Source of the DNA: Clostridia bacterium | GTDB lineage: Bacteria > Bacillota > Clostridia > Oscillospirales > Acutalibacteraceae | Reading direction: 5' to 3' | Assembly: GCA_017939855.1 (NCBI GenBank) | Contig: JAGAZW010000255.1 | Span: forward strand, 1-29,841 | DNA length: 29,841 bases | Shown here: piece after piece, positions 9,009 to 17,173 of the stretch | Layout of the letters: the number at the start of each line of letters is the position of its first letter | How positions within the stretch are numbered: the stretch's first letter is position 1 | The notes under the pieces: generated by a model | Databases searched by the model: none | What the model saw: the letters and a program-made list of their open reading frames with translations, nothing else | Told to the model about the DNA's origin: nothing | Position numbers and translations under genes: made by a program

Positions 9009-9248
9009 GTGCAGTTAAATGAGGCTATTTCAAAAAGAATAGATGAGTTGTTGAGAGAAAGGAAGCTGACTCAGTATAAGCTTTCGAGAAAAAGCGGTGT
9101 ACCGCAGTCAACATTAAGTACTATAAAGAGTTGCACTTTCCACAGTATGAAACTGCGTATTATTTATGAGATTTGCGAGGGTTTGGAAATAGAAATGAAA
9201 GATTTCTTTGATTCGCCGCTTTTCGCTCGTGAAAACCTTATAGATTAG
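9009..9248 (+). CDS. Small XRE/Cro-family HTH transcriptional regulator
   Basis: 79 aa; LLRERKLTQYKLSRKSGVPQSTLSTI HTH pattern, EICEGLEIEMKDFF tail; GTG start after AAGGGAG. Confidence 0.88.
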   Translation: MQLNEAISKRIDELLRERKLTQYKLSRKSGVPQSTLSTIKSCTFHSMKLRIIYEICEGLEIEMKDFFDSPLFARENLID

Positions 9249-9255
9249 ATGACAC

Positions 9256-9290
9256 AACAAAGACCTCGGAGTTAATCCGAGGTCTTGTTT
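9256..9290. terminator. Terminator hairpin between the convergent XRE and CDF genes
   Basis: AAGACCTCGGA-GTTAA-TCCGAGGTCTT perfect 11-bp stem. Confidence 0.85.
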
Positions 9291-9291
9291 A

Positions 9292-10470
9292 TCAACTGGT
9301 AAAATCGTTGTCAAGGGTTATAACACAGCAGTAGGTTTCGTCTATGATATGGGCGAGGGTAGCGATTCTTTCCTTCAAATCGTCATCTGGTATGCTGAAA
9401 TCAGAGGGGACTACTACATCAAATATAAGGTTAGTGCGTCTGTCAGAATGCGGAGTCATACGAAAATCGTGTAGTGAAAGACGTTTATCTATAGTATGAA
9501 TGGCGTCGAGCATTTTCTGCTTTGTATTTTTTAAAACTTCGCTTTCATTGTCTATTGGGTCCATGTGGATAACAAGCATAATCCCCATTTTTTCCTGGAT
9601 AACCTTTTCACAGATGTCTATCTGTTCGTGACATTTAACAATATCGACGTTTTGCGGAACCTCGACGTGTACCGAAGCAAACTGTCTGCCTGGACCGTAG
9701 TTATGTACTATTAAATCGTGAATACCTATAAAATCCTCGAAGGCGAGAATGTTTTCTTGAAGCTGCTCTATAAACTCTTTTTCAGGCGGCTCCCCCAAAA
9801 TTTGATTAAGGGTATTTTTTGCAGAGGATAGCCCTGACCAAAGAATAAATACAGCTACCGCTATGGTCATAACTGCATCAAGATTAAAGGGGAGATTTGT
9901 AAGCGAAGTTATAAGTGCGGCAACGAGAATTGCGAAAGTAGATATACAGTCGTTCAAAGAATCCTGAGCAGTAGCAATTAAGGCGGCAGACTTGATTTTT
10001 CTGCCCAAGTATCTGTTAAATAAAAACATCCAGAATTTCAAAAAAATTGAAATTGCCAATACAACACCTGAGAAGATACTATATTTCGGTGAAGAGCTGC
10101 CGTCAATCAAAGAAGTTACAGCTTCTTTGATAAGTTCAAAGCCCACAAGCAGTATAAGCAAGGATACTATAAACGCCGAAATATACTCCATTCTGCCATG
10201 TCCAAACGGGTGATCCTTGTCAGCAGGTTTTGCTGCGAGTTTAAAGCCTAACATTGTAACCAAAGACGAACCCATATCGGTAAAGTTGTTGAGACCGTCG
10301 GCAATAATGGACATACTGTGTGTCAATGCTCCGGCAAACATTTTGATGATACAAAGAATGATATTTGTCGCAATTCCCACATAACCGCCCAGAGTTCCGT
10401 ATTTGTGCCGGACTGCTCCATCTGAACAATCATTGTTTTTAATGAACAATTTAATTAATAGTTTTGTCAT
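9292..10470 (-). CDS. Cation diffusion facilitator (CDF) family transporter, MntE-like
   Basis: SIIADGLNNFTD, KPADKDHPFGHGRMEY, DSLND, IHDLIVHNYGPG, ASVHVEV. Start placed at ATG 10470 (MTKLL, after AAAGGGAG), 1 nt after the ddl stop. Confidence 0.93.
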   Translation of the reverse strand: MTKLLIKLFIKNNDCSDGAVRHKYGTLGGYVGIATNIILCIIKMFAGALTHSMSIIADGLNNFTDMGSSLVTMLGFKLAAKPADKDHPFGHGRMEYISAFIVSLLILLVGFELIKEAVTSLIDGSSSPKYSIFSGVVLAISIFLKFWMFLFNRYLGRKIKSAALIATAQDSLNDCISTFAILVAALITSLTNLPFNLDAVMTIAVAVFILWSGLSSAKNTLNQILGEPPEKEFIEQLQENILAFEDFIGIHDLIVHNYGPGRQFASVHVEVPQNVDIVKCHEQIDICEKVIQEKMGIMLVIHMDPIDNESEVLKNTKQKMLDAIHTIDKRLSLHDFRMTPHSDRRTNLIFDVVVPSDFSIPDDDLKERIATLAHIIDETYCCVITLDNDFTS

Positions 10471-10471
10471 A

Positions 10472-11665
10472 TTAAAGCTTTGCTCCCTTTGAGCCTTTTG
10501 TGCCAAAGGAAACTCCCGAAAGAATATTTGTGTCGATAGTAAATGTCAAATTCTCACGGTTTCTTTGCCTTTTGAAAGCTATTTCGATAAGACGGTCTAT
10601 CATATCGGTGTACTTAAGGCCGGTTGCTTCCCAAAGGTAAAAAGCGAGGGAACCGGGAATGGTATTTATTTCGTTGGCATAGACCTTGCCTGTTTCGGTA
10701 TCTAAAAGAAAGTCAATTCTAACAACACCGCTGGAATTGGTAGCCTTGAAAATTTCACAAGCAAGTTCTCTTATTTCCTGCGCCTTTTCTTCTTCAAGGT
10801 CGGCGGGGATTTTTCTTTCTAGAGATGCCATACCCTTACTGGGAGCTTTTGATTTTCCACCCGACATATATTTATTTTCATAGGATAAAATTTCATCATT
10901 CATAAAGGGTTCTTCGCAAACACTTGCCTCACAGGAATCGGCGTCGCCTAAAACCGAGCAGTTGATTTCTCTTAGTGAGGTTATAGCTTTTTCGGCTAAA
11001 ACAACATCTGCAAAGGATACAGCAAGTGAGATTGCCTCGTCTAATTCTTCCTCGCTTTTGACCTTGCTTATTCCCACGCTAGAACCTAAGTTTACGGGTT
11101 TTATAATAAGGGGGAACCCTATTTTTCCTTTGATTTCGTCTATTGTCTCTTGCTTGTTGGTGCGATATTTACGAGAACGGAAACAAACACAGTCAAGCAC
11201 CGGAAGCCCATTGGCGTTAAGTACATCTTTAAAGACCTTTTTGTCCATACCGACTGCTGCAGAAAGTATATCACAGCTTATGTAGGGAAGACCCAAAAAC
11301 TCGAAGTATCCCGCCATCGTGCCGTCTTCACAGTTGGTGCCGTGAACGATAGGAAAGGCAATATCAATATTAATATCCTTTTTCTTGGAAAAAAGTCCGT
11401 TTTCGAGGTAGTGCATAGAAACACTGTCGCCGTCTTTAATCAGGGTTACCTTCTTCGAAACTTTTAAAAGCTTATCTAAATCGCTGTAGTTTTCTATTTC
11501 GAAAAGTTCGTCTGATGTATACATAGTCCCCGACTTATCTACATATATAGGTGTAACGTCATATTTTTCTCTGTTGATTGCCCTCATAGCCTGAACTGCC
11601 GAGATAATGGACACTTCATGCTCAACGCTGCGACAACCGTAGAAAACGGCAATATTTGTTTTCAT
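10472..11665 (-). CDS. ddl: D-alanine--D-alanine ligase
   Basis: GCRSVEHEVSIISA, HGTNCEDG, MDKKVFK, IKPVNLGSSVGISKV, SYENKY, RIDF, NEINTIPGS. Confidence 0.95.
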   Translation of the reverse strand: MKTNIAVFYGCRSVEHEVSIISAVQAMRAINREKYDVTPIYVDKSGTMYTSDELFEIENYSDLDKLLKVSKKVTLIKDGDSVSMHYLENGLFSKKKDINIDIAFPIVHGTNCEDGTMAGYFEFLGLPYISCDILSAAVGMDKKVFKDVLNANGLPVLDCVCFRSRKYRTNKQETIDEIKGKIGFPLIIKPVNLGSSVGISKVKSEEELDEAISLAVSFADVVLAEKAITSLREINCSVLGDADSCEASVCEEPFMNDEILSYENKYMSGGKSKAPSKGMASLERKIPADLEEEKAQEIRELACEIFKATNSSGVVRIDFLLDTETGKVYANEINTIPGSLAFYLWEATGLKYTDMIDRLIEIAFKRQRNRENLTFTIDTNILSGVSFGTKGSKGAKL

Positions 11666-11680
11666 AAAATCTTACCTTTC

Positions 11681-13255
11681 TTAATTAAGATAGTTATCGG
11701 GAAGGTCGTTTTCCAATAAAACGACACTTTTGTTTGTAATAAATTGCGAATAGATTTGCATAGCTTCAGCAAAACCGGCAGCGACAAAAACCTTATCTTT
11801 ATTAAAGTTTGTGGTATCAATAGCATCAAGCATAGGCTTTGCCCTGTTTTTGCCCACAAGAATAATTATATCACAATACTTTGTACATTCAAGTGCTAAC
11901 TGATAATTACACTCATACTCTTTATCACCGAGCTCAATAAGACCGGGTGTAATAACGGTTTTTTGCATACCGTCAAAGCAGCCCAGCACTCTTACCGCTT
12001 CAAGACAACCCACAGGGTTTGAGTTATACGCATCGTCAATAAGCAAGGAACCGTTTTTAAAGGGCTTCAGCTCAAGACGATGTTCAGTAGCTTTCAGTGC
12101 TGCTATTGCAAACTTAATATCGTCGGCCTTAACTCCTAACTTATATGCCATAGCCGCCGCCGCTACAATGTCTGCCACCGAGTGAAGACCTAGAAGTTTT
12201 GTGGTAACCTCTAAAACCTCTTCGTTAAGATAAAGTCGGAATTTCGAACCATCGGGTCCGTAACGGATATTTTGCGCTCGATAGTCAGTATCGTTCCCAA
12301 ATGGTATAAGGGTGTTGTCTGTCTTATCATATCTTGATAAAATATCGGGCGAATCATTGTTTATAAGCGTGAATCCGCCTTTTTTCTTTATAGCGTCTGC
12401 CAACTCAAACTTAGTTTCAAAAACATTGTCGACAGATTTAAACGTTTCAAGGTGTTGTGCACCTACAGAGGTTATAATACCGCAGTCGGGGTTCACTATA
12501 TCACATATTTCCTTGATGTCGCCTTTGTTTTTAGCGCCCATTTCACATATAAAAATTTGGGTTTTCGGTTTGATGCTTTCACGAATTGTTCTGACAACAC
12601 CCATCGGAGTGTTAAAGCTTTGGGGTGTGCAGACAGTATTGTATTTTTCACTTAAAATGCGGTTAAGTATAAATTTGGTTGTTGTTTTACCAAAGCTTCC
12701 GGTAATGCCTATAACTTTTAAATTTGTATGATTTTTAAGTATCCTTTTGGCATCGCTGATATAATAAAAACCGAAGGCTTTTTCTAAAGGATAGGTAATA
12801 ATCCAAGAAATGAGCATTAAAGCGGGGGAAATAAAGGATAGTGCAAGGCAGCTTATCTTCATTATTTCTCCCAAAAGGGTGTTTTGGGTAAAGAAGAAAA
12901 CGGTAATTAAAGCGGCGATTATTATAATTGCTGCGGCATAAAGCCTTTTGATACGGGAAGTAAAGACTAAAGGCTTAATCGATTTTTTTTGCGTGTTAAG
13001 ACATCGGAAAATTCTGATTATGAGAATAAACGCTGAAATTATGGTAGCGATAAGAGCCTTGTTTGCCGAAATAAGCACCGAGCAAAGACAAAAAAGGCAG
13101 GAACAAAAGCAAAGCTCAATAACATAGGAATTGTTCATCCATTTATAGTATCTGCTAGGGTAATATGAATTTTGTTGAAGCATCTGAAACTGTCGGGTAA
13201 CGGAAAATATTCCGGATAGCGCCATTAAAATCAGACAGATAAGTATATATACCAA
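11681..13255 (-). CDS. murF: UDP-MurNAc-tripeptide--D-Ala-D-Ala ligase (MurF) with a multi-pass hydrophobic N-terminal region
   Basis: P-loop ITGSFGKTTTK, SFNTPMGV, CEMGA, HLETF, HRLE, IDDAYNSNP, TPGLIELG; first ~155 aa are strongly hydrophobic. Confidence 0.88.
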   Translation of the reverse strand: MVYILICLILMALSGIFSVTRQFQMLQQNSYYPSRYYKWMNNSYVIELCFCSCLFCLCSVLISANKALIATIISAFILIIRIFRCLNTQKKSIKPLVFTSRIKRLYAAAIIIIAALITVFFFTQNTLLGEIMKISCLALSFISPALMLISWIITYPLEKAFGFYYISDAKRILKNHTNLKVIGITGSFGKTTTKFILNRILSEKYNTVCTPQSFNTPMGVVRTIRESIKPKTQIFICEMGAKNKGDIKEICDIVNPDCGIITSVGAQHLETFKSVDNVFETKFELADAIKKKGGFTLINNDSPDILSRYDKTDNTLIPFGNDTDYRAQNIRYGPDGSKFRLYLNEEVLEVTTKLLGLHSVADIVAAAAMAYKLGVKADDIKFAIAALKATEHRLELKPFKNGSLLIDDAYNSNPVGCLEAVRVLGCFDGMQKTVITPGLIELGDKEYECNYQLALECTKYCDIIILVGKNRAKPMLDAIDTTNFNKDKVFVAAGFAEAMQIYSQFITNKSVVLLENDLPDNYLN

Positions 13256-13271
13256 AATAAATCAATCCTTT

Positions 13272-14030
13272 TTATTTTATGAAACTTCTAAGTATTGCGT
13301 GGGCCTCATAAGGCCTTTCGCAAAAAGAATAGTGCCCCGTTCCTTTTAAAACGCAAAGACCGGCATCAGGGATAAGCTTTTCTATCGTCTTTGCATCCTC
13401 AAGCGGTGTTGCGGTGTCGTTTTCGCCCCAAATTAAAAGGGTTGGACAGGAAATGTTCGGGATAATGTCACGAAGGTCTGTGTTCACAAGGGAAACAAGG
13501 GTCTTGCGAAGTACAGGGGGTGCGGCATTATAGTCGGCTGAACCGTAATGATTTCTTGCCTTTTCCAAAAGAGCTTGGGAGTGATTCTTTATAACAGGCA
13601 GTGACAGCACCTTTTTAATTGTCTTGAAATTTCTTGCTCGCTGCTTTTGTTTAAATGTCTTTTTAGGAATAAGTCCGGCAGAGTCGAGCAAGACAATTTT
13701 TTCGGGGCTTAGTTTTTTTGTGGCTGCGAGTTTTAAAATTACCCTTCCGCCGTGAGAATGACCCATCAGTATGGGGTTATCGAGGTTTATCTTTTCAATA
13801 AATTTAATTATAAGATTACAATAATCGTCTAAGCTCCAGGGCGTTTTCATTGTGTCGGAATTTCCGCAGCCGGGGAAATTAAGTCGAACGCAGCGGCAAC
13901 GGTCGGATAAAGCCGCCACGATTCCGTTATATACATCAAGGCTCGAACCCCAACCGTGAAGCATTAAAAGGGGGATTCCGCAGCCTTCATCTTTGTATTC
14001 AATTTTAAGTCCGTCAATAACAATTTCCAT
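13272..14030 (-). CDS. Alpha/beta-fold serine hydrolase, cytoplasmic, substrate unknown
   Basis: LHGWG, GHSHGG nucleophile elbow, WGENDTATP (Asp), GTGHYSF (His); no signal peptide. Start placed at ATG 14030 (MEIVID), 10 nt after GAGG. Confidence 0.92.
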   Translation of the reverse strand: MEIVIDGLKIEYKDEGCGIPLLMLHGWGSSLDVYNGIVAALSDRCRCVRLNFPGCGNSDTMKTPWSLDDYCNLIIKFIEKINLDNPILMGHSHGGRVILKLAATKKLSPEKIVLLDSAGLIPKKTFKQKQRARNFKTIKKVLSLPVIKNHSQALLEKARNHYGSADYNAAPPVLRKTLVSLVNTDLRDIIPNISCPTLLIWGENDTATPLEDAKTIEKLIPDAGLCVLKGTGHYSFCERPYEAHAILRSFIK

Positions 14031-14074
14031 TAAAAACAATCCTCAAAACATATCTTTAGTATATAATTAAATAT

Positions 14075-14083
14075 ATTATACCA
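14075..14083 (-). promoter_or_regulatory. Putative extended -10 promoter for hydrolase-murF-ddl-CDF
   Basis: Minus strand TGGTATAAT; no good -35 seen. Confidence 0.5.
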
Positions 14084-14137
14084 AATGTTGCCTGAAAAAA
14101 GAAGTCTTTTTTTAAATAAATGTAAATATTATATTAG

Positions 14138-14166
14138 TTGCAAAATGGGTGAAAATGTGGTAATAT
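14138..14166 (+). promoter_or_regulatory. Putative sigma-A promoter for the murI operon
   Basis: TTGCAA, 17 nt, TAATAT, with TG in the extended -10 position. Confidence 0.5.
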
Positions 14167-14205
14167 ATTATGAAACTTTATACACTTTGAGAAAGGGGCC
14201 GGTTT

Positions 14206-15024
14206 ATGGCAGACAGTAGGGCAATCGGGATATTCGATTCGGGTCTTGGCGGACTTACGGTTGCAAAGGAAATTATGAAACTGTTACCGAATGAAAACAT
14301 AGTTTATTTCGGTGATACAGGCAGAGTGCCTTACGGTACCAGAAGTGCCGCTACTATACAAAAATATGCAAGTGAGGACGAAAGATTTCTTCTTTCAAAG
14401 GACGTTAAACTTATAGTGGCTGCTTGTGGTACAGTGTCATCTGTAGCGGCAAATACCGCAAAAGATTTGCCCGTCCCTTTTATTGAAGTTATTTCTCATT
14501 CGGTTGATGCAGCGGTTAAAAACACCAAAAATAATAAAATCGGAATCCTTGCTACAGCCGCTACAATAAGAAGCGGTGCTCATAAAAGGATGATTATGGA
14601 AAGACTGCCCGGAGCACAGGTGGTCGAAAGTAGCGGAACGCTCTTAGTGCCTTTGGTTGAGGAAGGCTGGACAGATAAAGAAGACAGTGTTGTTTTGCAA
14701 ACGGTGCAGCGATATGTAGAAGAGATGAAAAGGGTGGGTGTAGATACCGTTATCATGGGTTGCACACATTTTCCTGTTTTAGCAGAGGCCATCTCTGAGG
14801 TTATGGGTCAGGATGTGTTTCTTGTTAATATGGGTGTTGCCACAGCAAATGCGGTAAGACGGCTTTTGGAAGAAACCGATGCTTTAAACGAAGGGCTGTC
14901 ACACGCAGACCATAAATTTTTTGTCAGTGACCGTACTGCTGCGTTTGAAAGTACGGCGTCAGTGTTGCTGGGCGAAAAAATAGACAATTTCATTGTTGAG
15001 CAGGTGGATATAAACAAGCTATGA
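14206..15024 (+). CDS. murI: Glutamate racemase
   Basis: IGIFDSGLGGLTV, YFGDTGRVPYGTRS, ACGTVSS (first Cys), MGCTHFP (second Cys). Confidence 0.95.
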   Translation: MADSRAIGIFDSGLGGLTVAKEIMKLLPNENIVYFGDTGRVPYGTRSAATIQKYASEDERFLLSKDVKLIVAACGTVSSVAANTAKDLPVPFIEVISHSVDAAVKNTKNNKIGILATAATIRSGAHKRMIMERLPGAQVVESSGTLLVPLVEEGWTDKEDSVVLQTVQRYVEEMKRVGVDTVIMGCTHFPVLAEAISEVMGQDVFLVNMGVATANAVRRLLEETDALNEGLSHADHKFFVSDRTAAFESTASVLLGEKIDNFIVEQVDINKL

Positions 15025-15455
15025 AGGATGTTTTGATTAAAATAAAAGGAATCCAAGAGCCCGATAGCTCACAAAACGAAGCAATTGAATTTTCCACCGA
15101 CGGCAAAATGGAAATAAATGAGGATACAATAACTATTTTTTATAATGAGGGTGAAATGCTGGAGGGCGCCGATATAAAGACCAAAATGCAGATAATCGGC
15201 AACCATACAGTTATAACCGAGCGTAATGGAAGTATGAATTCTCGTTTGGTCGTGCAAAAGGGCGTAAGAAACACCTGCTTTTATTCCACTCCCTATGGTG
15301 AGCTTAGTATGGGAATCTACGGAGAGGAAATAGAAAACGATCTTAACTCAAACGGCGGTAAACTTAAAATGAAATACTCAATAGACACAAATCTAAGTCT
15401 TTTGAGTAAAAATGAAGTTGAAATAACAGTTCGTGAAATAGAAACAGAGGTATAA
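15021..15455 (+). CDS. DUF1934/YwiB-family protein
   Basis: 144 aa beta-rich pattern (IKIKGIQ, YSTPYGELSMGI, LKMKYSI); sits directly upstream of argS, the usual ywiB-argS order. Confidence 0.8.
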   Translation: MKDVLIKIKGIQEPDSSQNEAIEFSTDGKMEINEDTITIFYNEGEMLEGADIKTKMQIIGNHTVITERNGSMNSRLVVQKGVRNTCFYSTPYGELSMGIYGEEIENDLNSNGGKLKMKYSIDTNLSLLSKNEVEITVREIETEV

Positions 15456-15457
15456 AA

Positions 15458-17149
15458 ATGTCGGTATTAGTAGAAAAAGCAAAGAAGCAGTTAAACGAAG
15501 TGGTGTTGTGTCCTGTAAATAATGCTATCGAAAAAGGAGCATTACAACCCTCCCAACCACTAAATGATTTTTCGATTGAGGTTCCCTCAAAGCGAGAACA
15601 CGGTGATTATGCAGTAAACGCTGCGATGTGTTGGTCGAAGGCGTTTAAAACGGCACCTAGAGCAATCGCAGAAATTTTACTCGAATATGCAGATTTTAGT
15701 GATACTTATATTGAACGAGCCGAGATAGCGGGTCCGGGCTTTATTAATTTCTTTTTGAATGATGGCTACTATGCAGACATAGTTGCCGATATCAACGAAA
15801 AGGGTGCCGATTACGGAAAAAGCAATTTTGGCGACGGGAAAAGAATCTTGGTAGAGTTTGTGTCTGCCAACCCCACAGGTCCTATGCACATAGGCAATGC
15901 CCGTGGAGGTGCTTTGGGTGACTGCTTGGCGGCAGTATTGGAAGCTGCCGGTTATTACACCGAACGAGAATTTTATATAAATGATGCCGGAAACCAGATA
16001 AACAAGTTTGGACTCTCTCTTGATTTAAGATATCAACAGCTTTACAAAGATGGAATTGAGATGCCGGAAGATTCTTATCACGGCGAGGACATTATTAATC
16101 ACGTTAAGGCTTATGCACAAATAAACGGTGACAGCCTTATGAACGTCTGCGAAGAGGAAAGAAGGGCGAAACTTGTAGAATTTGCGCTTCCTAAAAACAT
16201 ACAGGGTCTGCATGATGACCTTCTAAAATACCGTATTGAGTATGACACCTGGTTTAAGGAGAGTACACTGCATCAAAACGGAGAAGCTAAAAAAATAGTA
16301 GAGCTTTTGAAGAAAAGCGGTCACACATATATGAGCGAAGATGCCTTATGGTTTAAAGCGACCGATTTTGGTTGCGATAAGGATTTTGTTTTAGTAAGAG
16401 CAAACGGTATCCCAACATATGTTGTGCCCGATATCGCATACCACTACAATAAGCTTGTAACGAGAAAATTCGATAAGGCGATAGATATCTTAGGTGCCGA
16501 CCATCACGGTTATGTACCTCGTCTGAAAGCGGCACTCACAGCATTAGGCGTAGATTCAGACAAATTGGATGTCGTACTTATGCAGATGGTACGTCTTGTG
16601 CGTGACGGCGAGGTTATAAAGGCTTCAAAGCGTTCGGGTAAGGCGATAACCCTTGTAACGCTTCTTGATGAAGTTCCGATTGACGCCGCCAGATTCTTCT
16701 TTAATCTAAGAGAGCCCAACAGCCATTTCGATTTCGATTTGGATTTAGCCGTTAATGAGTCGAACTCTAACCCTGTTTACTATGTTCAGTATGCACACGC
16801 CAGAATTTGCAGCATTATGAGAAATCTTGAAGCAGAGGGTATAAAATGTGATGATAATGTGAGTGTTAATTTGAAGGTTCTCAATTCTCCGGAGGAAAGA
16901 GAACTTATAGTACAGCTTGGGGCATTCACAAATGAGATTATCCAGTCAGCCAAGTGCTATGATCCTGCAAAAATTACCCATTATGTTAGTGAAGTGGCAA
17001 CTAAATTTCATAAATTCTATGCTTCTTGCAGGGTAAAGGGTATAGACAGTGAGCTTATGATGGCACGGTTGCGTCTTTGCAAGGCAACTGCCACAGTTAT
17101 TAAAAATGTATTGACAATGTTGAAAGTTGACGCACCGGAAAAGATGTAG
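15458..17149 (+). CDS. argS: Arginine--tRNA ligase
   Basis: HGDYAVN, IAGPGFINF, VEFVSANPTGPMHIGNARG (HIGH), GADHHGY, NPVYYVQYAHARI. Confidence 0.97.
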   Translation: MSVLVEKAKKQLNEVVLCPVNNAIEKGALQPSQPLNDFSIEVPSKREHGDYAVNAAMCWSKAFKTAPRAIAEILLEYADFSDTYIERAEIAGPGFINFFLNDGYYADIVADINEKGADYGKSNFGDGKRILVEFVSANPTGPMHIGNARGGALGDCLAAVLEAAGYYTEREFYINDAGNQINKFGLSLDLRYQQLYKDGIEMPEDSYHGEDIINHVKAYAQINGDSLMNVCEEERRAKLVEFALPKNIQGLHDDLLKYRIEYDTWFKESTLHQNGEAKKIVELLKKSGHTYMSEDALWFKATDFGCDKDFVLVRANGIPTYVVPDIAYHYNKLVTRKFDKAIDILGADHHGYVPRLKAALTALGVDSDKLDVVLMQMVRLVRDGEVIKASKRSGKAITLVTLLDEVPIDAARFFFNLREPNSHFDFDLDLAVNESNSNPVYYVQYAHARICSIMRNLEAEGIKCDDNVSVNLKVLNSPEERELIVQLGAFTNEIIQSAKCYDPAKITHYVSEVATKFHKFYASCRVKGIDSELMMARLRLCKATATVIKNVLTMLKVDAPEKM

Positions 17150-17173
17150 TGCAGAAAAGTGAGGAAAAAGAAG

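Noticed and set aside
9564-9572. Perfect DnaA box TGTGGATAA
   Set aside because: Single copy inside a coding sequence; one 9-mer hit in 30 kb is compatible with chance and there is no box cluster.
10472-11665. Possible van-type (D-Ala-D-Lac or D-Ala-D-Ser) resistance cluster
   Set aside because: The omega-loop Tyr is retained and no vanH, vanX, vanY, vanT or vanRS-like genes are present.
14055-14086. AT-rich stretch loosely resembling a Firmicutes dif site
   Set aside because: The XerD arm (TTATGTAAACT-like) does not match; better explained as the minus-strand extended -10 promoter.
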